Shown here one piece after another: positions 9,602 through 18,579 of a stretch of DNA of 64,000 nt. Source of the DNA: Candidatus Zixiibacteriota bacterium (GTDB taxonomy: Bacteria; Zixibacteria; MSB-5A5; GN15; FEB-12); contig JAJRXM010000018.1 in NCBI GenBank assembly GCA_024276275.1, positions 20,324 through 84,323 of the forward strand, written 5' to 3'. The position numbers were made by a program, and so were the translations under genes. Every line of letters starts with the position of its first letter. Position 1 is the stretch's first letter. The notes beneath the pieces were generated by a model. The model searched no databases. It saw nothing but the letters and a program-made list of their open reading frames with translations, and was not told the origin of the DNA.

Positions 9602-12600
9602 TTAGAACATCCAGTCTCCCATTGGGCAAGGACCACAATTGAAGTAGTAATCGACTAAGTAATTTATATCACCGGCATCAATAGCACCATCAGCGTTTAC
9701 ATCACTTAAGTGAGCAAAAGGAATAGCACCATTACCGCCGTTGACTGTACCAGCTAGATAAATAATGTCAGCTAAGTTAATACTGCCGTCATTGTTTACA
9801 TCACCACGACCAAAACCGGCCCATTGGTTAACTAAGTTAGCCATAGGAGCAAGTTCGGCACCAGAAGCGTTGTCTGCTAATCCACCGGTAATACCGAAGT
9901 TAGCAACACCAAGTGAATATGTACTGTTAGCAGTAAAGTTATGACCTGCATAAGTTACATGTAATTCACCATCACTAACGTTTGAAGGTTGGTGAGGAAG
10001 GTATCCAGGTGTGCTTAAGTAAATATATGCAGAATCAAAATATGCATCAATATCAAATAAAGCACTTGCACCGTTTAAGCCTTTGATAGAATACATTGGA
10101 TTGTAATCAAAGTCTTGTCCGGCACCTACTGTACCACAGCCAAATGGAATCTTAATAGAACCCCATGCAGCATCTCCACCAGGATTGATTGACCAAGCAG
10201 CAGAAATGCTTTGATCCCATCTTGCGGAGTCACCACCTACATCAAAGTCAGTAATTTGACCAATATACCAGTCGTCAACGTTAGTTGCGTTCCGGTTAGT
10301 GAAGTCCATGATTTCAAGAGTCAAGTTAGCAAGTCCCGGTAAATCGGAAACACCAATAACGCGAGCATTGACTGTTAGACCCATTGTAAGTGTATCATCA
10401 AATGTTCTTCCTGCAAAATCACCCCAATCCCAGCCTCCACCGGCATCAAAGTTTTCTACAGAATCGATGTATGTTTTACAAACCATATCAGCAGAGATAG
10501 GATCATAAGTAGCACCACCGTCAGATGTGATAGAACCTACAGAAACAGCAGCTGTTAAAGCTGGTTTACATGAATTATCACAATAGTTAGGATCAGCTTG
10601 CATAGATGTCCATGCTTCAGCTTCTCCACCGCCGCCAGACCAATCTTGAGTATTCAAAGCAATAGAATACAGCGATGTACCATAGATATAAGAACCTTGG
10701 TAATACGCAGCATCGTCACCGTCAATATCAAAACCGTGAGGAGACCAGTCACCTGTACCTAAACGGCCGGTGTTAGTTACTAACTGAATGTTAGCAGAAC
10801 TCATACCGAAGTTTAATTCAGTAGTATCTGTTAAACAACCACCGACGATAGTCAGCTTGATTTCCGGAAGGAGACCGGCAGCATCAGCAGCAGCGTTTAA
10901 GAAGAAGTCAGGATCATTAGAATCCCAGTTGATATAAACAGACTGAGGACCACGGTTAATCAAAGTTTGATTAACTGTGATAAGTAAGTCAGCAGTATCA
11001 CCTGGAAGGATTGTTGTTCCGGCAATAGGAGCGTCTAAAGAGACAAACCATGCAGGAATACCAGCAGCAAAGCTGGATGTTGATTTTTCACGGTCTAAAG
11101 ATCTGACGTTGAAGACATCTTCAGTAGTATTAAAGAGTCCTTTTTCAACTTGTCTGAATTTAGAAAGGAATGCTTCACGTTGCATATAATCAGCAATAGA
11201 AGCAGCACGTTCCATGATATCATCAGCGACATAACCTGCAACAAAGCTAGGTTGAGTAGATCCGGTAATCGGAAGTTCATCAACAGCTGAAGAAGCAATG
11301 ATTAAGTCAGTACAACCAGTATTGACCATAATAGGACCAATATTAACCGGTAAAGCAGGGTTTCCACCAAACTCAACAGCAACACTAGGTTGGTAAGTTT
11401 GAATTTCCATGCGAGGTCTGTCAGCACCTAATTTGAAGTCATAAAGACCACCATAGAAGTCACCAAACATCATATGAAGACCGTCTGTAGCTGTCATAGC
11501 CATAGCACCGGCAAAACCGATTTCTCCGGCACCACCACCGTGATCAACACGACGACGGAAGATTTGTTCACCTGTTTCAGTGTTATAGCTTTCAAAGAAG
11601 CCACTGGCATTGAAGATGAATAGGTGATCAGGTGAATCAGCTGTTAAACCGTCTGGTTCACATGATAAAATACCTGAGCTATAATAGTTCGCATCATCGG
11701 CAGTTTTAGCACCCCAAAGTTGCACACCGGTAGTTTTATGGAAAGCAATTAAGTTTCCGCCGGTAGGATCTGTTGGGCTAGCCCACTGTGATAATGTAGG
11801 AGCATATACAGCATTTTTATCTACAACAGGTGTAGAATAAATAGCTCTGTTAGTTTTTACAGGCGGAACAACATGTGCACCGGAAGCAGCATTAACAGAG
11901 TAGTAGAAACCATCAATAGGATGGTCAGAAATACCTAGATCGTTTGCCCATGAAACAGCATATAAAACACCGCTTTGATAAGCAACACCACCACGGAAAC
12001 CTTCAGGATATGAATAACCTGCTTCAAGAGGAGCAGCTAAACCACCGTTACCTTGAAGAGTCCAATTAACAGCACCTGTGAAAGCGTCTATAGAATAGAT
12101 ATCACCTTCTGTGGCGGCTGTTTGAGAGGCATAGAAAAGGTCAGTTCCGTCAGTAGCACCTGAAATATATGGGCTACCTGTTAGGTATACCGGGTTGGTT
12201 GCCCAACCGGCATATAAGGTACCTGTTAATGCATTAACAGCAGCAACAGCACCATTATCAGTTGTAAAATACAATACATCGTCAACGCCGTCGTTTAAGA
12301 CAGTCATGACAGCAAAACGTGTTTGACCAAAGAGTCCGGAAGGACCTTCAGAAATAACAGTACGCTGCCAAATAACAGCACCGGTAGCAAGATCAAAAGC
12401 ACCAATACCGTTAGTTGAACCACCTGATGCAAACATTATGTCAGTACCACCAATGTTAACAATGGTTGGTGCACAACGAATGGAAGAACCAAGTAATTGT
12501 CCGTCACCGGCTGTAGCATCTAATGTATAGAGAACAGCACCGGTAATAATATCAAACACTTTATAACTAGTTGTGAATGCACATACAGCTTTATCACCAT

Positions 12601-14608
12601 AAATAACAGGACCTGTGAAGGAAATGCTATTAGGGCCATCAAAGCTCCAGTTCAAATTCAAGTTACACCAAGCATCACCGACCGCGAGGTCAGAAGCACC
12701 GGTACGTTGTTGGTTACCTTGGAAGGTAGCCCAACCGGCATCGGTTGATGGTGAACAAACTCTTGGAACTTCGTCAAATGGACGACAACAAAGAGAAGAT
12801 GTTACATCCCATCCATAGTCCGTACCACCATAAACTGTTGTAGGGTACCAACCGGATAATCCTGAACTAGGGTTAAATAGAGCAGCTGAACGACCACCAT
12901 TATCAAAAGTACCGTCATCGGAGTTAAATCCAATAGTACTTGGATCACCTGGCGGAACCAGATATTCAATTACAGCCCAGTAATCACCAGTGACATATAC
13001 ATCTAGTCCAGAGAAGTCTGCAGTAGTGTAAGCAGGCCATGCATTGTAGTCAGCTGGTGTAAGAGTTACAGATGCTAATTCTACACCAGGTATACCGACA
13101 GCATCTGTATAAACAGAAACTTTAGTATCATATGTAAAATCAGGAGGTATTGTTGAGAAATAATCATCAAAAACGAGGGCTACATCGTTAACCTGACAAC
13201 TTTGACCATTAGCGTACATTTGAACACCAATAGCTCTAAATTGACTAGTAGCATCGTCACCCATTGACCATGTAAACCAATTGTTACCAAAGTGACTTTC
13301 GATACTACAGTCAGAGAATTGGTCTCTACAAAGATTTGCATCAATCAAGAAGTTTACATCAAGTCCATATATAGAACCTGTTGTTGCCCAAGCACCAGAG
13401 AAGAAGGTACTAGCACGGCCTTCGCCGGCAGTTCCATCATCAGCACCGAGATATTCCCAGTTTACTAAGCTGATAACTTCAACAGTAACATGGAAGGTTT
13501 GATCAACAACAATTCCAACAGGAACTGTATTAAAAGAACCAGGACCATAAGTTCCTGCAGCAAGAGTAGTAGTAAATAATACAGTGCTACCAGGTAGTCC
13601 GGCATTATCGTCAACAATAGAAACGATAACATCGTCATCACCGTAAGCTCCGTTACCCGGGTCATAAAGAACCACGTCAACAGAAACTAAGGTTTCAGGA
13701 CCACCGACATCAAAGCGCATTGCCTGAGCAGTAATAGGCGCACCACTTGAATTAGGAGTCGAGAAAATATAGGCAAAATTTGCCCAATAACTTTGAGTAT
13801 AGCAATCGGTAAAAGGTATTTCTCCTGCACAATATTCAGAAGACTGAACCATTGTGTAGTCTGTACCATATACACCTAACATTGTCCCCCAGGCAGTACC
13901 AGGTACATCCCAAAAAGACGTACGAGCTTGTCCGTTATTAGGACCAGTTCCATCATCAATGAGCATCGCGATTTCATCAACTCCAGGAGTATTTTCAATA
14001 ACACGAACACCATAATGGTATTCTTCGCCATCAGAAAAAACCCAACCATCTATAGGAGCGTTTGGAGAACTTTTGAAATCAAAACCCATCCATGTATATG
14101 TAGTTGGAAGGCTTGCATAAGGAACAAAAATTGAGTCTAATGCGGTTCCTGGATTACCAAAACCATCATCATCCCATAAGTATACCATCATGTCTGGTGT
14201 ACCGGCCATTGCAGGTCCGTATAAAGCCAACCAGAAGGTATACAATGTGCAACTAAAATTATCTTCAGTTGTATATCGAACATTGTAAAAATCTTCGCCA
14301 TATAACGTTGGACTCATTGTCCAATAAAAAGCAGCACCACCGTCATACCATAAGTCATTACAAAATGACGCAAGTGGTGGGGCAGGATGCGTTACGTTAT
14401 CCGGCAATTTAACAACATTGCTGCCAAGAGGTCTTGAGGCTGGCTGATTTGGTGTAGCACTTTCATAACCATTAGGCACAATAGCACTATTAAAACGTTG
14501 TCCAGCTCTTTGACCATCAAATTGTGGATATACATCTGAAAAAGCTGTACCGGTAAAAGCCATTACAAAGCTTAAAACAAGTACTGCAATTAACAGTTTT
14601 TTTAACAT
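9602..14608 (-). CDS. giant secreted protein (1668 aa) with PQQ-like beta-propeller repeats and a C-terminal double dockerin-type repeat
   Basis: AAGGAG RBS and signal peptide MLKKLLIAVLVLSFVMAFTGTAFS. Repeated 'D..TG..(L/I/V)W' blades (AFDLATGAVIWQ, IDAFTGAVNWTL, AFHKTTGVQLWG, YNTETGEQIFRR). C-terminus is GDVNNDGSINLADIIYL...SDVNADGAIDAGDINYLVDYYFNCGPCPMGDWMF. Confidence 0.8.
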   Translation of the reverse strand: MLKKLLIAVLVLSFVMAFTGTAFSDVYPQFDGQRAGQRFNSAIVPNGYESATPNQPASRPLGSNVVKLPDNVTHPAPPLASFCNDLWYDGGAAFYWTMSPTLYGEDFYNVRYTTEDNFSCTLYTFWLALYGPAMAGTPDMMVYLWDDDGFGNPGTALDSIFVPYASLPTTYTWMGFDFKSSPNAPIDGWVFSDGEEYHYGVRVIENTPGVDEIAMLIDDGTGPNNGQARTSFWDVPGTAWGTMLGVYGTDYTMVQSSEYCAGEIPFTDCYTQSYWANFAYIFSTPNSSGAPITAQAMRFDVGGPETLVSVDVVLYDPGNGAYGDDDVIVSIVDDNAGLPGSTVLFTTTLAAGTYGPGSFNTVPVGIVVDQTFHVTVEVISLVNWEYLGADDGTAGEGRASTFFSGAWATTGSIYGLDVNFLIDANLCRDQFSDCSIESHFGNNWFTWSMGDDATSQFRAIGVQMYANGQSCQVNDVALVFDDYFSTIPPDFTYDTKVSVYTDAVGIPGVELASVTLTPADYNAWPAYTTADFSGLDVYVTGDYWAVIEYLVPPGDPSTIGFNSDDGTFDNGGRSAALFNPSSGLSGWYPTTVYGGTDYGWDVTSSLCCRPFDEVPRVCSPSTDAGWATFQGNQQRTGASDLAVGDAWCNLNLNWSFDGPNSISFTGPVIYGDKAVCAFTTSYKVFDIITGAVLYTLDATAGDGQLLGSSIRCAPTIVNIGGTDIMFASGGSTNGIGAFDLATGAVIWQRTVISEGPSGLFGQTRFAVMTVLNDGVDDVLYFTTDNGAVAAVNALTGTLYAGWATNPVYLTGSPYISGATDGTDLFYASQTAATEGDIYSIDAFTGAVNWTLQGNGGLAAPLEAGYSYPEGFRGGVAYQSGVLYAVSWANDLGISDHPIDGFYYSVNAASGAHVVPPVKTNRAIYSTPVVDKNAVYAPTLSQWASPTDPTGGNLIAFHKTTGVQLWGAKTADDANYYSSGILSCEPDGLTADSPDHLFIFNASGFFESYNTETGEQIFRRRVDHGGGAGEIGFAGAMAMTATDGLHMMFGDFYGGLYDFKLGADRPRMEIQTYQPSVAVEFGGNPALPVNIGPIMVNTGCTDLIIASSAVDELPITGSTQPSFVAGYVADDIMERAASIADYMQREAFLSKFRQVEKGLFNTTEDVFNVRSLDREKSTSSFAAGIPAWFVSLDAPIAGTTILPGDTADLLITVNQTLINRGPQSVYINWDSNDPDFFLNAAADAAGLLPEIKLTIVGGCLTDTTELNFGMSSANIQLVTNTGRLGTGDWSPHGFDIDGDDAAYYQGSYIYGTSLYSIALNTQDWSGGGGEAEAWTSMQADPNYCDNSCKPALTAAVSVGSITSDGGATYDPISADMVCKTYIDSVENFDAGGGWDWGDFAGRTFDDTLTMGLTVNARVIGVSDLPGLANLTLEIMDFTNRNATNVDDWYIGQITDFDVGGDSARWDQSISAAWSINPGGDAAWGSIKIPFGCGTVGAGQDFDYNPMYSIKGLNGASALFDIDAYFDSAYIYLSTPGYLPHQPSNVSDGELHVTYAGHNFTANSTYSLGVANFGITGGLADNASGAELAPMANLVNQWAGFGRGDVNNDGSINLADIIYLAGTVNGGNGAIPFAHLSDVNADGAIDAGDINYLVDYYFNCGPCPMGDWMF

Positions 14609-14968
14609 TTATTTACTCCTTAAAATAAGGAAAAATAGGGTTAATTCGTTTTCTTAAAATAAGTACACTACCGGACCAAAAAGTCATAAGGCAGAATACG
14701 GGTTCCCTGATTGTCTAGGGCAGGGGATGTTCTCTAATAAACGAATTGTTATTAATGTCCTATTATCGGAGTTGGAAAATACCTGTTCAGGGTACTATCC
14801 TTAGTTGCAAAAATGTGAGAAAAATTGCTTCTGAAAACCTCTAATTTTCAGTTTGGTGTCGTTTTAAATTTCAAAAAATTGAAATATCAACAACGAAAGC
14901 AATGTAGATAAGGTAGGATTTGATAAATTACATGATAACAGATTTAAACAGTCAAAGCAGTAGATACG

Positions 14969-15020
14969 GCCGAGCTGTCGGCTAACTAAAGCAGATAATG
15001 TTATAACCGGAGCTGTCCGG
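14969..15020. other. pair of small hairpins with identical GCTG loops and compensatory stems in a 687-bp intergenic region
   Basis: GCCGA-gctg-TCGGC (14969-14982) and CCGGA-gctg-TCCGG (15007-15020). Each is preceded by AAAGCAG (about 14954 and 14987). Confidence 0.4.
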
Positions 15021-15295
15021 CTTCAAATCATTAGCAAGTAAGGTATTTGTTTAAAAAAGTTGGGTTAGTCGTCACATGAACAAATCAGATTTGGCTCTCG
15101 GATTTAGTATGCAACTTCACACGCTTGAAGCAAGTATAACGATTATTCTTAAATTGTCAAGAACTTTTAGGAAAAAATTTCCACTCTTTCTCATTGCCCG
15201 TAACCCGTTGAGTATCACATATTTTGATACATCACTATCTAATTTGTCAGAATCTCTTGACTCATTTTATTTATCTGGTTATTTAGAAATCAATT

Positions 15296-17698
15296 ATGAG
15301 ACTTATTTCACTTGAAATTATGAATTTTCGGGTTATTAAATCATCTAAAATTGAATTTCCCGACAAAGTTATCGCTATAGTAGGGAAAAACGGCTCAGGA
15401 AAATCTTCTATTATTGAGGCTATATCTTGGGCTTTATACGGTAATCAAGCTGCCAGATCAGGTAAAGATGAGATTAAGTCTACATTTGCTTCAGAGGCTG
15501 AAAATTGTGAGGTGAAAGTCCAGTTCTATATTAATGAGGAAAAATTTACCGTAATTCGAAGATTGGTCGGTCGTTCAAACAGGGCAGAAGTTGAGCTTTT
15601 TAGAAGTGGAAAGTCAGAGTCCGTCGGTGTAAATGAGACAAAAGCACATGTCGGACAGCTTTTAGGGCTCGATTGGCGAGGTTTTTTAAGTTCATTCTTA
15701 GCCCGTCAATCTGAATTAAATGCTCTTTCGGATTTAGTCCCGTCAAAAAGAAAAGACCATATCGCCGGAATGCTTGGAATAGAAAGGCTCGATAAAGCTA
15801 TTCAATCAGTCAAACAGGACACCAAGCTATATAAAGAGAAAACTCAGTTTTTAGAGCGTTCACTGTCAGAAAAAGACTCTATTGAAAAAGCTATAAATGA
15901 GCTACAATCTAAACTTCAGAAAATAGAAGTAGAAATAGAACCTCAAAACGAAAATTTCAAAAATACTCAAAAAGAGTTTGAGGTATTCAAGGAGAGATTT
16001 GAGGATTATTCTGAAAGAAAAATAAAGTTTATCAAAGCTGAATCAGAAATAAAAGCACAAAAAGGTACTTTAGAGCTTCTCCAAAACCAGCTGGAACAAT
16101 TGCAAATAGAAAAATCTAAACTATCAGAACAACAGCTTGTTTTGAAGGAATTACAATTGAAGCAGGAAGAATTCAAAGATATCCCTGTAAAGTTAGAACA
16201 GTTTAAAAGACAGCAAAGTAATAAAAAATTCGTTGATAATCTTAAAAGTCAAAATACTGCTATTTTACAAAAGGTAGAGCAAAATAGGAAAACTGTCGAA
16301 AATCTGAACTTAAATTTGGAGGAACTTGAAAAGAAGGATCTCAGTTTTCCGACAAATTTATCTGAAAATATACTAAAACAGAAGTCATTATTAGAAGATA
16401 AAAGGTCTCAATTTAGTGCTTTAAAAACTGAAAATAAGCGGTTGGTAACAGATATTGAAAAACTGAGAATTCAACAGTTAAATATAGAAGAACTTAAATC
16501 GAATTCCGTTTGCGAAAGATGCCACCGTCCGTTAGGTGATGATTTTGAATCAATAAAAAAACATATTGAAGATGAAATTTTGTTGCTGGAACAAAAACTC
16601 AATTCAAAAACAAAAGACCAAAATATTGTTTTGCTTGAAGGCGAAAAACTGAAAAAATCAACAGAACAACTGGAACTTCTTCAAAAAGAACAATTATTGT
16701 TAAAACAGCAGATAGAAACGACTCAAAAGGAATTACTCCGTTTTCAACACTTGGCAAAAGAATTTCTTGCTCAGAAAGAAGAAATATCTAAAAAATCAGA
16801 AGAAATCGGGGAAGTAGATTTTGATGAAAATGAATTTGAGCAAATATCTAATAAATTTAAGCAATTTGAGTTGAATCGAAATGAAATAAATAAATATCAG
16901 GGGCAATTGGAAAGACTTCCGGTACTTCTTGAAAATATAAATACTACAAATAGTAAAATAATATCTACTCAAAAAGTTCTGAATAATGAAACAGAAAACC
17001 AAGTGGAAATCGGTTATTCAGAAGAAGAGTTCAAAAAAATTACTTTACATTATAATCAAGCTCAGAAAAAATTAGAAGATTCTAAAAACAGGTTATTTGA
17101 AATACAAAAAGAAAAAGAATTAACTTCATTATCTTTGTTGGAAAAGCAAAAACAACAGGATATATTTAAAAAAAGTGAGATTGAATTTGAAGAAAGTAAG
17201 ACTGCTCACTATTACGGTGAAAAGTTAAGCTCTCTCTTCTCATTATATAGATCAGATTTAATTGCCTCAATCAGACCGACACTTGCTGATATTTCATCCC
17301 GTCTGTTTAATGAAATGACGGGTAATAAATACGCATTAGTAGAACTTGATGAGAAATATGAGTTACGAGTTATGGATAACGGGCAATTTTATGGGGTTGA
17401 ACGGTTCTCCGGAGGTGAAAAGGATCTCGCTAATCTCTGTTTACGGTTGGCAATATCGTTGTCTTTGGCAGAATCGGCAGGGTTAAACAGGTCATTTATT
17501 ATACTGGATGAAGTATTCGGTTCACAAGACCTTGAAAGAAAAGATCTTATTTTAACTGCTTTAGCAAATCTCAAAAATAGATTTCCACAGATAATACTCA
17601 TTACACATATAGAAGATATCAAAGATGGAGTAGAACAAGTTTTAGAAGTACGGCAAAATGATTTAGGTTTTTCTGAGGTAGTCGTACATGGGGCGTAA
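15296..17698 (+). CDS. sbcC: Rad50/SbcC-family SMC-like ATPase with CxxC zinc hook
   Basis: Walker A GKNGSGKSS, a long coiled coil with central CERCHRP hook, signature FSGGEKD, and Walker B FIILDEVFGSQD. Confidence 0.85.
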   Translation: MRLISLEIMNFRVIKSSKIEFPDKVIAIVGKNGSGKSSIIEAISWALYGNQAARSGKDEIKSTFASEAENCEVKVQFYINEEKFTVIRRLVGRSNRAEVELFRSGKSESVGVNETKAHVGQLLGLDWRGFLSSFLARQSELNALSDLVPSKRKDHIAGMLGIERLDKAIQSVKQDTKLYKEKTQFLERSLSEKDSIEKAINELQSKLQKIEVEIEPQNENFKNTQKEFEVFKERFEDYSERKIKFIKAESEIKAQKGTLELLQNQLEQLQIEKSKLSEQQLVLKELQLKQEEFKDIPVKLEQFKRQQSNKKFVDNLKSQNTAILQKVEQNRKTVENLNLNLEELEKKDLSFPTNLSENILKQKSLLEDKRSQFSALKTENKRLVTDIEKLRIQQLNIEELKSNSVCERCHRPLGDDFESIKKHIEDEILLLEQKLNSKTKDQNIVLLEGEKLKKSTEQLELLQKEQLLLKQQIETTQKELLRFQHLAKEFLAQKEEISKKSEEIGEVDFDENEFEQISNKFKQFELNRNEINKYQGQLERLPVLLENINTTNSKIISTQKVLNNETENQVEIGYSEEEFKKITLHYNQAQKKLEDSKNRLFEIQKEKELTSLSLLEKQKQQDIFKKSEIEFEESKTAHYYGEKLSSLFSLYRSDLIASIRPTLADISSRLFNEMTGNKYALVELDEKYELRVMDNGQFYGVERFSGGEKDLANLCLRLAISLSLAESAGLNRSFIILDEVFGSQDLERKDLILTALANLKNRFPQIILITHIEDIKDGVEQVLEVRQNDLGFSEVVVHGA

Positions 17699-18335
17699 GA
17701 AAAAGAAAATAAGTCTAATTACTTTAATACTGTTTATCATTGCATTAATCGTTTTTCGGTTTGTTGAAGATATTGATAATGATATTCCGCTCCGAGACAG
17801 ATTTAAAGTTACCAAAGTTATAGACGGGGATACTATTGAATTAAAAGGTGGAGACAGAGTACGTCTTCTCTCAATCGATACACCTGAAAAAGGGGAGTTG
17901 TTTTATCAAGAGGCTAAGGATTTATTAAAGAAATATACACTACAAAAACAAGTGGAACTATCCTATGCTGAAAAACGACGCGACCGTTACGGTCGGCTTT
18001 TGGCTTATGTGTATGTCGATTCTGTTTTTCTGAATAAAATAATTTTAGAAAACGGTCTGGGATATTTATATCTCTTTAAAGATACAGAATCAAAAAGGAA
18101 AAAAACTCAAGAACTTCTGATCGCACAGCAGAGTGCGATAGACGCATCAATCGGTATTTGGTCATTGCCGTATTCAGCCGAAGCATATTATATTAATAAA
18201 ACAGGTTCCTTTAGACTACATCGACCCGGGTGTAACTCAGTAAAAAAACTTATTCCGGGAAAATATCGGAAGTTTGAAAGTCGCATAGATGCGCTTAAAA
18301 CAGGTTTGTCACCTTGTCGCAATTGTAAGCCGTAA
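17688..18335 (+). CDS. membrane-anchored thermonuclease (SNase fold) with C-terminal Cys motif
   Basis: N-terminal TM ISLITLILFIIALIVF. SNase core is VIDGDTIEL..VRLLSIDTPE..RYGRLLAYVY. C-terminal HRPGC..19 aa..SPCRNC is an Ada-like Zn motif. The start overlaps the sbcC-like stop by 11 nt. Confidence 0.85.
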   Translation: MGRKKKKISLITLILFIIALIVFRFVEDIDNDIPLRDRFKVTKVIDGDTIELKGGDRVRLLSIDTPEKGELFYQEAKDLLKKYTLQKQVELSYAEKRRDRYGRLLAYVYVDSVFLNKIILENGLGYLYLFKDTESKRKKTQELLIAQQSAIDASIGIWSLPYSAEAYYINKTGSFRLHRPGCNSVKKLIPGKYRKFESRIDALKTGLSPCRNCKP

Positions 18336-18579
18336 TTTCACACAGTAAAAATATAAATAAAAAAACTTGCGTACCTTGTCTTGTTTTACTATTTTCTATG
18401 AACAATATATAAAAATAAAATATCAAAAATCTAAAAGACGAGAAAGTAATCGTATTTTTATGCAGTCAATCCTTCGATGTTCTGTAATTAAGGAGGTGAT
18501 ATACATCTAGCACTCCTATTGCATTTTCAAACGTAATAAATAACATGTAACTTTTTAACCTCTCCTCCAGGAGCAAATA

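Noticed and set aside
9602-14608. Many 60-90 aa ORFs antisense to or overlapping the giant gene, and similar ones inside the protease, transporter, HK and other genes in the ORF track
   Set aside because: They are embedded in long, motif-bearing ORFs on the other strand or frame. They have low-complexity or repetitive translations and no RBS, so they are typical shadow ORFs.
14775-14815. Sigma-54 promoter (GG-N10-GC) near GGTACTATCCTTAGTTGCA, given the NtrC-type activator in the window
   Set aside because: The spacing between GG and TTGCA is 14 nt instead of 10, and the TGGCAC element is absent.
14609-15295. tRNA, tmRNA, SRP RNA, RNase P or 6S RNA in the large intergenic regions (also 53622..54071 and 63360..63627)
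   Set aside because: I found no T-loop (GTTCGAATC-like) or acceptor pattern, no SRP domain IV motif and no other hallmark by eye. This cannot be excluded without a covariance-model scan.
15076-15315. 79-aa ORF upstream of and overlapping the sbcC-like start
   Set aside because: It has no RBS and no recognisable motif, and it lies in the structured intergenic region. It is most likely non-coding.
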